Shown: positions 19,283 to 28,776 of the stretch, in pieces | Numbering within the stretch: the stretch's first letter is position 1 | Layout of the letters: every line of letters begins with the position of its first letter | Position numbers and translations under genes: made by a program | Notes under the pieces: model-generated | Seen by the model: the letters and a program-made list of their open reading frames with translations, nothing else | Databases searched by the model: none | Told to the model about the DNA's origin: nothing | Source: Arenicellales bacterium | Lineage (GTDB): Bacteria; Pseudomonadota; Gammaproteobacteria; Arenicellales; JAJDZL01 | DNA length: 64,000 bases | Reading direction: 5' to 3' | Assembly (NCBI GenBank): GCA_965206345.1 | Contig: OZ242211.1 | Location: 2,382,419-2,446,418, forward strand

Positions 19283-19981
19283 GTCTATTCACCTTGAATC
19301 GTAATAATTTGTTTTGCCGCGGTAGGGGAACCTGGCAGTTGTTTCCTACGCTATGAATTTTATTTCAAAAGGCTCTGGTATGGGGCAACCGAACTGTTTC
19401 ATACAACTAAGGCCTTAGGACTCATTGTCGAATAAATTTGATCGTTGGCGCACAACATTGTTAATGCAGACGCGAATATTGTTCTCTGGACGACCGCGAC
19501 CGACCGCATCTCCAAGCGCCCGCGATGCCCATGCCATTCAATTCGATATCGCATCTGAAGCGCACATCAAGGCGGTGAGAAAAATTCGGTGAATACCTCT
19601 ATACAATTAAGTTTATTGGTATTTGTAAGGTTGACACGAATCTTCAGTTTGGGTACTCCAAAAAACGAATAGCAAGCAAACTCAGTCAGCTTACGGGCGA
19701 TTGAACCGCTCGTTCAGTCAAAATCACACGCTCAGTTTGAATCGTCCGTTTGAGGATACTGTTTCAGTACATTGCGTTATCCGGAAAACATTAAAATCTG
19801 CACCAAGTTAGTTTTCTCAGTTGAATTTTTGGATGAAGTATTCAATTGTCATTTGTAAAATTGACTCAGAAAAAATATTCCCAAACATTCAAAAGTAGTG
19901 ATTTTGTCGAGGTAATTCATTGAATGTGATGCAAGAAAAATGGATTTTTTGCTTTGCGTCTGTTGGAAAGGAATGTGAGTT

Positions 19982-20971
19982 ATGGCAAGGCTGAAGAATG
20001 ACTGGTATCTTTGCACAATAGACAAAGATACCTTGAGGGCGATTTCAAAACGATCTGACAAGCCAGCATTGATCTGGTTCGGTAGTTATTTTCTGCTTTT
20101 GGCTCTTGCTGGAATACTTGTCGCTTTGACTTGGGGAACTTGGTGGTTAATTGCTCCACTGCTGATATACAGCGCACTTTGGGGGTGTGCTGCGTCTGGC
20201 GTCCACGAAACCTGCCACAAAACTCCATTTCGTACAGTTTGGCTGAACGAAATTGTGCTTTGGACATTCGGGTGGATGGCGCAAATGGAACCTATTGCGG
20301 TAAGGTGGGGGCATTTGGGACACCATAGTTTTACTCATTTCGATGAAGGTGATACAGAGTTGTCAGAGCCTAATCCGGTGACCTGGAAGGTGTTCTTCAA
20401 GATAGGCTCTGGATTAGGCGGCACATTTTTTTATTGGAAAGCTTTAATTGCACAGGCATTTGGACACATCACAAGTGAAATGCTCGATGTCATCCCGCCA
20501 AAGAAAGTGAATTTTGCAATTAGAAATGCTCGAATTATGGTTGGTGTTTATGCATTGTTCGCCCTTTGGGCTTTGATTGCCCAGTCTTGGCTGCCCGTAT
20601 TGTTAACGTTTGCACCTCGAATACTTGGAGGTCCTGTTACGGGCCTGCTTCATCTGACTCAGCATACCTGCCTGCAAATGAACGTTCGCGATCATCGACT
20701 GTCAACGCGAAGTTTTGTAGCAAGCCCATTAACTCGGTATTTCTATTTCAACATGAACTATCACGTCGAACATCATATGTTTCCGATGGTACCTTTTTAC
20801 AATTTGCCAAAATTGCATGCTGCGATTACGGATCAGTTGCCAGAGCCATGTGATGGCCTTTTTGGGGTCTTTAGTGAAATCGCTGCCGGGATCAACAGAC
20901 AACGAAAGGACCCCAGTTACTTTGTTCGGAAAGTGTTACCGGAACATTCAAACGCAGCAATTGTTCCGTAA
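19982..20971 (+). CDS. Fatty-acid-desaturase-fold membrane di-iron enzyme (MocD-like hydroxylase)
   Basis: Three His boxes (HETCH, HLGHH, HVEHH), hydrophobic segments and the MNYHVEHHMFPMVPFYNLPKLH motif. Confidence 0.85.
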   Translation: MARLKNDWYLCTIDKDTLRAISKRSDKPALIWFGSYFLLLALAGILVALTWGTWWLIAPLLIYSALWGCAASGVHETCHKTPFRTVWLNEIVLWTFGWMAQMEPIAVRWGHLGHHSFTHFDEGDTELSEPNPVTWKVFFKIGSGLGGTFFYWKALIAQAFGHITSEMLDVIPPKKVNFAIRNARIMVGVYALFALWALIAQSWLPVLLTFAPRILGGPVTGLLHLTQHTCLQMNVRDHRLSTRSFVASPLTRYFYFNMNYHVEHHMFPMVPFYNLPKLHAAITDQLPEPCDGLFGVFSEIAAGINRQRKDPSYFVRKVLPEHSNAAIVP

Positions 20972-20973
20972 AC

Positions 20974-21798
20974 ATGAAAAAAATTTATACCTTTGGTCGA
21001 AGGCCTGCTAAAAGAAACTATACAGTTTTTGACCTGCAATCGTTAAAGGGAACAGGCAAACGTCTAACGATGTGTAATCCGGCAAATGCAATCGAGATTC
21101 GCGCTTGTGTAGACGCAGGCATCGACACATTGACCGTTTGGGACGATCAGGTTGAGTCTGCCCGCGAAATTGCACCCCATCATTTTATGGGTACCGCGAT
21201 GAACTGGGGGCAATTCGCCACTGCCGACGATATATTGCGACATGCAGTCGAGTGCATGGAGCGTGGTGCAGACATGTACTTCACTAATCGCAGTTTCGAA
21301 ATTGTAGAAATGCTTTCTAAGGAGAGTATTCCAGTGCAGGCTCACATGGGCCTAGTGCCATCTTTGAGTACCTGGTGTGGTGGCTTGCGCGCGTTTGGTC
21401 GTACTGCGGATGAAGTGATGAAAATTTACCAGACATTCAAACGCTATGAAAACTCTGGATGCTTTGCAGTAGAGATTGAATGCGTTGCTGAAAGAGCGCT
21501 ACAGCTTTTGAATTCGAAAACTTCAATCGTAACGTTCTCGCTTGGTAGCGGCAAGGCTGGAGACGTAATTTTTCTGTTTATGTCTGATATTTGTGGGGAA
21601 GAGCCAAATCCGCCCAAGCATTCTCACGCATTTCGGAATCTGCAGCCCTTGCACGAACAGTTGTACAACGAAAGGGTTGCCGCCCTAAAGGAATTTCATT
21701 CCGAAGTTTCTGCACTAAAGTTTCCATATGAGGAGCAGAGCATTCCCATGTACCCGGGAGAAGAAGAGAAACTTCTCGAAATACTTGACAGTGTCTAA
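20974..21798 (+). CDS. Divergent ketopantoate-hydroxymethyltransferase-like (PanB fold) protein
   Basis: IPVQAHMGLVP, GGLRAFGRT, AVEIECV and SLGSG match the PanB C-terminal half. The N-terminal TAYD and VGDS motifs are replaced (TVWDD). Confidence 0.75.
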   Translation: MKKIYTFGRRPAKRNYTVFDLQSLKGTGKRLTMCNPANAIEIRACVDAGIDTLTVWDDQVESAREIAPHHFMGTAMNWGQFATADDILRHAVECMERGADMYFTNRSFEIVEMLSKESIPVQAHMGLVPSLSTWCGGLRAFGRTADEVMKIYQTFKRYENSGCFAVEIECVAERALQLLNSKTSIVTFSLGSGKAGDVIFLFMSDICGEEPNPPKHSHAFRNLQPLHEQLYNERVAALKEFHSEVSALKFPYEEQSIPMYPGEEEKLLEILDSV

Positions 21799-22178
21799 GC
21801 TACCAGTACTGTGGGTGAAATTCAATTTACTGAATTGTCCCGACTACTCGCAGGACAACCTTAGAAATCAGTGATCGATTTTCAGTCGGAATCTGACAGT
21901 CATTGACAACATTCAAACCTAAACTCTTTACGTCAAACTCAGGTTAACGTAGTCAACACGACGAGTTGAAAACTAATTGGAGTTTGTGGAATTGGATTCA
22001 GCCAAGAACGATTCGTGCGACGCAGCTGCGATCTGTGAAACCACATAGCATCAAACATGCGTTTCAACAAAATTGGAAGAATGCCGGAATAAAAGTAGAA
22101 CTTGATCGCTACAATATCATTCCCTTTTTACTGGCGGTCAAAGAATCGACACCGTGCACAGGTTGAAGTATAGGAAAA

Positions 22179-23222
22179 ATGTTCAAAGTCAAACTGGAAG
22201 AGCGACAGGGTACGCAGGAAATTCTTGTATCCAAAGGGGAGCGGCTTCTATATTGTGGATTGCGCAATGGATTCAATTTGGCACATGACTGTGCGAGTGG
22301 AGTTTGCGGTACCTGTAAAGCGGTTTTGATTTCTGGTGAGGTTTCGTCCTTGTGGTCGGAGGCTCCCGGCAACAAAATTGTCAGAGAAGAACGCAACGAG
22401 TTTCTAATGTGTCAGGCAGTTGCTAAGACCGACGTACATATTAAAGTTCGCCCAGCAGTGCCGTCGCCGGCCCCCAAACCTCAGCCAGGGACCCTAAAGG
22501 GGGTGATCAAGAACCACCGAAGCCTGAATCTGAATGTAGCGGTGTTTGAATACCACTTGTCGCAGCCAGTTCAGTTTCTGGCGGGACAGTTTGCTACAGT
22601 GCAACTGGAGGGAATTCCTGGCTACCGCGCCTATTCAATGACAAATTATTCCGCTGAACCGACTCAGTCTCTTCATTTTGTCGTGAAACATATTCCTGGA
22701 GGAAAGTTGACCGATTGGCTTTTTCAACAGAATCGAGATGGTCATGAATTGATGGGTTTCGGACCAGTTGGGCGGGCAGTTTTCGCTCCGGAAAGTGACG
22801 GTGACTTCATCGTTCTGGCAGGTGGGTCTGGCATTGCTGGAATTATGTCAATTCTCCAGCATGCTTCAGATTGCGGTCACTTCGAAAAGTACCGAGGAGA
22901 TGTCGTATTTGGTCTCAATGGACCGCAGGATGTCTTTTTTTTAGATGAACTCAATTCGCTCGCTGGCAGATACAAAAATCTAAGGGTCATCGTCGCACTG
23001 GTTGAGCCAGATAGAAGTGGTTCTTTAACGAGTGATTATCTCAATTTGGAGTTTTCTGAAGGATATCTGAGCAATGTAGCAAATGAAGTTCTGGGAGATT
23101 TATCCGAGATTACAGTGGCGTTTGTCGCCGGTCCGCCACTCGCTGTTGAAACTTCCCAGAAAATGTTGGTAATGGAACGGAAGGTTTCTGCAAGAAAAAT
23201 GAGGTTTGACCGTTTCGGCTGA
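22179..23222 (+). CDS. 2Fe-2S ferredoxin / FAD / NAD(P)H reductase (monooxygenase reductase type)
   Basis: CASGVCGTC...C cluster, RAYS flavin motif, AGGSGIA NAD motif, VAGPP and terminal FDRFG. Confidence 0.88.
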   Translation: MFKVKLEERQGTQEILVSKGERLLYCGLRNGFNLAHDCASGVCGTCKAVLISGEVSSLWSEAPGNKIVREERNEFLMCQAVAKTDVHIKVRPAVPSPAPKPQPGTLKGVIKNHRSLNLNVAVFEYHLSQPVQFLAGQFATVQLEGIPGYRAYSMTNYSAEPTQSLHFVVKHIPGGKLTDWLFQQNRDGHELMGFGPVGRAVFAPESDGDFIVLAGGSGIAGIMSILQHASDCGHFEKYRGDVVFGLNGPQDVFFLDELNSLAGRYKNLRVIVALVEPDRSGSLTSDYLNLEFSEGYLSNVANEVLGDLSEITVAFVAGPPLAVETSQKMLVMERKVSARKMRFDRFG

Positions 23223-23235
23223 GCACCGGGTTTCT

Positions 23236-23988
23236 TCACGCTAGTTTATCGGTTAGAGTTGGCTGATCCTGACTTTCCAACACCTTGGCAGACTTAGCAA
23301 TTGTCAGTGCATCTTCTGCCAGCAGATCTAAATGTTTTTCCATGCTGAGCTCGGCAATTTCGGGTGTATGGTCTTCAATGGCTTCCAATATCGCTTGATG
23401 TTCCTCATTCGATTCTTCTATTCGATGTGGTCGAAAAGTAACCAGTCGTCGATAAGGTGAAAGACGCTTGTCAATTGAAGCTATCTGTTCAATCAAGGCT
23501 GAGTTCTTTGCTGCAATAAAGATCTGCTCGTGAAAAACCTGATTGGCAGAGTAGTAAATCAAGGGATTAAGGGTTTTTGCTGCCTCAATACACTTTTCGT
23601 GTGCCATTCGAATGAGTGCCAGATCTTCAACTGTTGCTCGAATTGCTGCTTTTTTGGCTGCAAATGATTCTAGTGTCGCAACCAGTTCAAACATTTCCAT
23701 AATTTCGTCAAGCGAGGGTTTGACGACAAAAACACCAGCATTTCGACGCTTCACTACCAGTCGAGCGGCACTCAAGCCTTCAAAAGCTTCACGAATGGGC
23801 GTTCGAGACACTCCGTAGCGCTTAGCCAGGCGGTTCTCATCCAAATGTTCACCAGGACTGAATTCTCCGCGAATAATCGCTGTCTCGATTTCCTGCTGAA
23901 TCAGCTTTGAAGTGGCCAACTGTGCGGATACGCTGGATTTTTTGAGCGTAGGATTTTCCATGGTTGTCGAAGTATCTGTCATTCGCAT
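23236..23988 (-). CDS. GntR (FCD) family transcriptional regulator
   Basis: LAKRYGVSRTPIREA wHTH; NQVFHEQI and EEHQAILEAI in the FCD domain. Confidence 0.92.
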   Translation of the reverse strand: MRMTDTSTTMENPTLKKSSVSAQLATSKLIQQEIETAIIRGEFSPGEHLDENRLAKRYGVSRTPIREAFEGLSAARLVVKRRNAGVFVVKPSLDEIMEMFELVATLESFAAKKAAIRATVEDLALIRMAHEKCIEAAKTLNPLIYYSANQVFHEQIFIAAKNSALIEQIASIDKRLSPYRRLVTFRPHRIEESNEEHQAILEAIEDHTPEIAELSMEKHLDLLAEDALTIAKSAKVLESQDQPTLTDKLA

Positions 23989-24044
23989 TAAATTTTAGTA
24001 TATGTAAAATTATGCAACCGCTAAATGACAGTCCTGCATAGTGC

Positions 24045-24389
24045 GGAACACCTCAGTCAGGTGTCCAGGAGTCAATATCGAAGGTAGATCTGGACCTAGT
24101 TGTTGATACAATTGCCTGGTTATTGAATCTCTTTTCGAGTCTCGATGACGTTCAGTCGCGGTACTCAAGGGTACGTTATTAAGCAGTTGCTTCTGATCAG
24201 CGGTTACTTTTGGGACCATTGGAGTTTGACGGATTGTTTATCGCCGCTGACGATGCCGGAACGGGATTTTTTCGAGCGCCGGATGTTGGTTAACTGCTAA
24301 GTGACATGGTTTCAGATTCTGAACCCTTCTTGCGCCACGATCTATACGAACCATACCGGTTTGTAAACCAGCCACGTCCAGAACAGTGA
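24045..24389 (+). pseudogene. Decayed C-terminal fragment of a DAO-family FAD-dependent oxidoreductase
   Basis: One frame with two internal stops reads ...VRY*AVASDQRLLLGPLEFDGLFIAADDAGTGFFRAPDVG*LLSDMV...LYEPYRF. This matches the DAO C-terminal pattern (TPD..P.LG....GL..A....G.GF..AP.VG..L...........P.RF). Confidence 0.6.
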
Positions 24390-24621
24390 TCACCAATTAC
24401 ATCGACGGCAGCGCATATGAGGTGAATGAGGATGCCATCCTCGGTCACGTGTTGCACGAAGTTAAATCTGCAAAATTTGCAGGCAATTAGTACTGGACTC
24501 GACTTGTAATGGAACGCTTTCAAGGACGAATTGGTGGTGTTGCTGTATCAAGATTGCCAGCGAACCAATTTGGCTTGGACCCAAGAATATTCGATTTCAA
24601 TCAGCCGCAATTACCACTTCG

Positions 24622-24739
24622 ACCTGTATCGATAAATGTTGTACACGATACCTTTGCACGAAAGAGCGTGTAGATGATCGCCATGTTTGAAATTTTGTCG
24701 ATGAAGTGTCAAAATTTACCGTTTGGTAAATCTGCTCCC
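24622..24739 (+). repeat. Diverged direct-repeat copy of 36999-37117
   Basis: Manual alignment gave 89/119 identical positions with one gap. Confidence 0.7.
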
Positions 24740-24758
24740 ACTCTTACTTTAGGTCAAT

Positions 24759-24988
24759 TGAATTTGTTACCTGGCCAGTTTCTCAGAAATTGAATCGGGT
24801 GCTGTTGAATCTGAATATTCAACTTCCTGATAAGAGTTTTGACGATACGGTTGAAGCATTGGAGTCGCTCGAAGTTGGCCTTCCACCGAGACCCATAGAA
24901 GGAGCACACGGAGCTTTGGCTGAAATTTCCAGAGAGTTTCCACTTGCTATAGTTTCGGATACCATCAATGCCTCCGGAACGGGTCTTC
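24759..24988 (+). pseudogene. 230-bp internal duplicate of the HAD hydrolase gene (copy of 37481-37710), with no start and no C-terminus
   Basis: Manual alignment gave 221/230 identical positions with no gaps; 8 amino-acid changes relative to the intact gene. Confidence 0.92.
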
Positions 24989-25044
24989 TTCACCGCAATT
25001 TATCTGATGAGTGTCTACACTAGTAGCACTTGGCGGGACTAAAG

Positions 25045-25926
25045 TTACTCACCTGCTGATTCAGGATTTTCGGTTTCAGACAGCGCTTTTTGAAATCTTG
25101 CATCCCGGTAGTATCCCAATGCAATGATCAGTGACTGGGCAAGAACTATAGGTCCAGATAAAGGACGAAATCGATGTACGTTCGCATCACGAACAATAAA
25201 ACAAAGACTCGAATTTCGAGCAAGAGGACTAGTCATTAAATCAGTAATTGCGAGCACAGGAACGTTGCGGATGTATGCGTCGGAGACTGCGTCGACAACA
25301 GGTTGTGCATATTCAGCAAAACTAACGGCGATTAACAGGTCTTGCGAGTTCAAAGTTGCAACCTGTTGATTGAGCATACCACCAACAGAATCTAGCAAGT
25401 GACAACGGTACTCAAGTCTAGCTAGTCCATAAGCAAGATATGCCGCGATCGGAAATGCGCGTCGTTGCCCAATGACATAAATTTCGTCTGTACCGTCCAT
25501 CATACGAATCGCTTCCTGCAACTTGTCTCCATCAATATCATCTTTCAAGTGCTGCAGTGCCAGTATTGATGCATCAGCGAATTCATTAAGGATAGCAGCC
25601 GGGTCAGTCTCAGCTATTTCTTCCATTTTCTGGTGGTGATCGTAAATCTGATCACGAAACGTGGGAACTCCTTCAATTAAACGCAATCGAAAGACGCGTT
25701 GCATTTCGGAGAATCCTGAATATCCAAAGACCTTAGCCAGCCGAATCAACGTGGATGGCTGCACACCTATTTGTTGCGCTATTTCAGCGACAGTATGCAA
25801 CGCAAAGCGATTTGGATCTTCAAGGGAGTATTGCGCAACTTTCTTTAAATGCGGGCTTAATTCCTCAAACTGGTGTTGAATAAGCTCACGCAATCGATCG
25901 AAGTCTAGAGGCGCTGCATTGTCCAT
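25045..25926 (-). CDS. MurR/RpiR family transcriptional regulator (HTH + SIS)
   Basis: GVQPSTLIRLAKVFGYSGFSEMQ HTH and IYVIGQRRAF / IAVSFAEY SIS motifs; divergent from the catabolic operon. Confidence 0.92.
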   Translation of the reverse strand: MDNAAPLDFDRLRELIQHQFEELSPHLKKVAQYSLEDPNRFALHTVAEIAQQIGVQPSTLIRLAKVFGYSGFSEMQRVFRLRLIEGVPTFRDQIYDHHQKMEEIAETDPAAILNEFADASILALQHLKDDIDGDKLQEAIRMMDGTDEIYVIGQRRAFPIAAYLAYGLARLEYRCHLLDSVGGMLNQQVATLNSQDLLIAVSFAEYAQPVVDAVSDAYIRNVPVLAITDLMTSPLARNSSLCFIVRDANVHRFRPLSGPIVLAQSLIIALGYYRDARFQKALSETENPESAGE

Positions 25927-26368
25927 TACAAGGTGCTCATTTTCATTCCATCTGGCTCAGGTTCTGTTCCCACCATTGCCCTGACCAGAGAAGACTTCGA
26001 GATAAATCGAATCAAAAAGTAGTTTGTCAGAAATCGAAATAGCTTCTTAATGTTGGCTCAACTGAACCCCAATCGCTATCAATTCCCATTGATCACTGAC
26101 GCTTTCAAATTGTTAATTGTAGTGCATGTGAAATGGGTTCATTTTCCACAATTTTGCGTTGTCAACTTTTGAAAATTCAATGCTCACAACACTAAGAAAA
26201 TTATCGACACGACACGCCAACGATTCACCAAAGTTTTATTCAGATGCCTCGCAATTTGAACTCAATGCAGATAATTTGATAAAAAAGAATAAATATTCTA
26301 ATATTATGTATAAAATAAATATTCATTTAATTACATCTAAAATAAACAATAATTCTATTAGATAGGGA

Positions 26369-27292
26369 GTGCAGATGACAGCAGTTGGTCTTGCCGGTAT
26401 GGGGCTGATGGGCAGTGGAATAGCAAAGAATATTCTTGCTGGTGGTTATTCATTATTCGTCGTTGGCCACAAAAGAAGGTCTTGTATAGACGATTTGGTT
26501 CAGCGCGGGGCGAAAGAGTTTCAAACTTATCGTGAACTAGCGGAACACAGTAACTTGATCATTCTTTGCGTTACTGGAAGTCCTGAGGTTGAAAGCATTC
26601 TTTATTCAAAGGATGGGCTATTGGAAGGGATTCACAAAGACAAGATTGTTATTGACTGCTCAACGAGCGAACCTAGTTCAAGTGAACGAATCGCGATTTC
26701 GCTGAAAAAATTGGGGGCATCGTTAGTCGATGCTCCTCTCGCGCGCACTCCGGACGATGCACAAGCAGGTCGTCTTAACACTATGGTTGGTGCATCAAAA
26801 GATGATTTTCAGCGCGTTGAACCCGTACTGCAACAATTTTGCGAAAACATTTTCCATATGGGACCGGTAGGTTCAGGCCACAAGACCAAACTAATCTACA
26901 ACTTCATTACCATGGGTTATGCGGCAATTATTTCCGAGGCCTTTTGCGCTTGCGCTGCTACTGGAGTTGATTTGAAGAAATTTTCTGATGTGGTAGCTTC
27001 AGGTGGAGCTAACAGCGGAATATTTCAGTTGATCGCACCGAAAGCAATTGAATCGGGAGATTGTTCCGGACTTAATTTTAGTATGGCCAACGCGGCCAAA
27101 GACCTTCGCTATTACAACCGTATGATGGATACCATTCCTCTTTCAGGTAATTTGGGAAGATTAGTGCATCATGCACTCATTCAAGGTCTTAACCTCGGTT
27201 ACGCTGATGGATTGGTTGGAGATTTGCTGCACGTGCAAGAAAAGCTCAACGGAGTGCAAATCTTGAATCAAAAACCCGAAAACAACGCTTGA
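26369..27292 (+). CDS. NAD(P)-dependent beta-hydroxyacid dehydrogenase (HIBADH/GarR family)
   Basis: GTG start; GMGLMGSGIA Rossmann motif, IDCSTS, VDAPLA and GHKTKLIYN catalytic Lys. Confidence 0.88.
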   Translation: MQMTAVGLAGMGLMGSGIAKNILAGGYSLFVVGHKRRSCIDDLVQRGAKEFQTYRELAEHSNLIILCVTGSPEVESILYSKDGLLEGIHKDKIVIDCSTSEPSSSERIAISLKKLGASLVDAPLARTPDDAQAGRLNTMVGASKDDFQRVEPVLQQFCENIFHMGPVGSGHKTKLIYNFITMGYAAIISEAFCACAATGVDLKKFSDVVASGGANSGIFQLIAPKAIESGDCSGLNFSMANAAKDLRYYNRMMDTIPLSGNLGRLVHHALIQGLNLGYADGLVGDLLHVQEKLNGVQILNQKPENNA

Positions 27293-27364
27293 TCTATAGC
27301 AGCCCTTTCTAGTCTTATTGGACAATTTTTTAGAGCACAACCCAACACTAAAAGGAGAAATTCA

Positions 27365-28684
27365 ATGGTTACTAAATCTGGTAAATCCAACTCAGCTGTA
27401 AATTCGAAACGACGAACTTTATTGAAAGGAGTGGGGGTGGTATCCGCAGGCATTGCGTCCGGATTTATGGGCCCTTGGGCCTATAACCGAGTTTACGCCG
27501 CCGCTTCGGATAAACCAATTCTGATCGGTTTGACTTCTGATGCTTCCGGTCAGTACGCTAACTCCGGTGCGTCAGACCGTCGGGGTATGATGATGGCAAT
27601 AGCCGAATTCAATGCAAAAGGCGGCGTTCTTGGGAGGCGCGTTGAAACCATACATATCGATACAGAAACCACTCCAGCAACTGGCAGCCGCGTGGCTGAA
27701 CGGCTTATCACACGCCATGAATGTGCGTTTTTGATTGGTGCAGTCAGCTCAGGTGTTGCTAATGCAATTTCGCAAGTTGCACAGAAATATGGGACTGTGT
27801 ATCTCAATACCAATTCAAGCTCGCCAACAGAATCTGGCAAGAACTGTCATCGAGTAAAGTTTGTGTGGGACGGCAATGGCACCAACTTCGCTCAAGCCGC
27901 AGTCAAGAATGCGATTGATGCTTATGGCACGAAATGGTTGTTGATGACCAACGATTATGTCTGGGGTCACAACACATCTGCTGCAACCCGCAGCTTAGTG
28001 GAGAAATTTGGAGGAGAAATTTTAGACGAGATTCTCGTACCGCAAGGAACTCGAGATTTTTCATCCATGTTACTCAAGGTGCAACAGGCTTCTCCGCAAG
28101 TTGTTGCCGCTGCAGTTGGTGGCGACGACCAAAAGGCAATGCGTCAGCAAGTCTCTCAATTGGGACTTGGACAAAACATGGCATGGATCAACAACCAGCA
28201 GGATTGGCCCGACGTTTACGGTTTGCCGCTGGAAAACCTGTTTGGTGTGTTCGGTACGACTTGGTACTGGAAATTGGACTTGCCGGGGGTTACAGAATTT
28301 GTAGAACGCTATCAGGCAATGTATCCGGACACTCGTATGCGCGTACCTGGAAACGTGTTCTATAACGGCTATATGGCCACTCGCGAGCTTCTTGGTGCGG
28401 TTGAACGGGCCGGTACTACCAACAACATAAAGGTCATCACGGAACTGGAAAACCTTAAAGTGTCCGCCGAAGACAGAATGCAGCATCATGACGCGTATAT
28501 GAATCCCAACACTCATCAGATGCAACAGACTATCTATTTGGCCACAGCCAACCAAGGTGCTCAAGATTCAGACGATATGTTTTCTGTTCTCAGCCAGTCA
28601 AGTCCCGAAGACATTAGAGATAGTGGAGCGGACATGGAATGTAGCTTGGAATCTCTTGCAGACACGCCTACCTACGAAATGTAG
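27365..28684 (+). CDS. Liv-type (PBP1) ABC substrate-binding protein with Tat signal
   Basis: KRRTLLK twin-arginine motif; EFNAKGGVLGRRVE, GAVSSGVA and NDYVWG motifs. Confidence 0.88.
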   Translation: MVTKSGKSNSAVNSKRRTLLKGVGVVSAGIASGFMGPWAYNRVYAAASDKPILIGLTSDASGQYANSGASDRRGMMMAIAEFNAKGGVLGRRVETIHIDTETTPATGSRVAERLITRHECAFLIGAVSSGVANAISQVAQKYGTVYLNTNSSSPTESGKNCHRVKFVWDGNGTNFAQAAVKNAIDAYGTKWLLMTNDYVWGHNTSAATRSLVEKFGGEILDEILVPQGTRDFSSMLLKVQQASPQVVAAAVGGDDQKAMRQQVSQLGLGQNMAWINNQQDWPDVYGLPLENLFGVFGTTWYWKLDLPGVTEFVERYQAMYPDTRMRVPGNVFYNGYMATRELLGAVERAGTTNNIKVITELENLKVSAEDRMQHHDAYMNPNTHQMQQTIYLATANQGAQDSDDMFSVLSQSSPEDIRDSGADMECSLESLADTPTYEM

Positions 28685-28707
28685 TCTCATCAAATCAGTC
28701 AATCAGT

Positions 28708-28738
28708 CTGCCGCTGCGTTTCTATAGCGTGGCGGCAG
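28708..28738 (+). other. Stem-loop after the binding-protein gene (possible mRNA stabiliser)
   Basis: ctgccgc/gcggcag stem that extends with G-U pairs; located between the SBP and the first permease. Confidence 0.4.
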
Positions 28739-28776
28739 TAAAATTGTCCCGAGCATCGAAACATCTTGAGGTTCGT

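Noticed and set aside
19353-19592. Possible SDR N-terminal remnant (SKGSGMG...ADANIVL...AHAIQFDIASEAHIKAV across frames)
   Set aside because: It needs two frameshifts and the similarity is too weak to support without a search.
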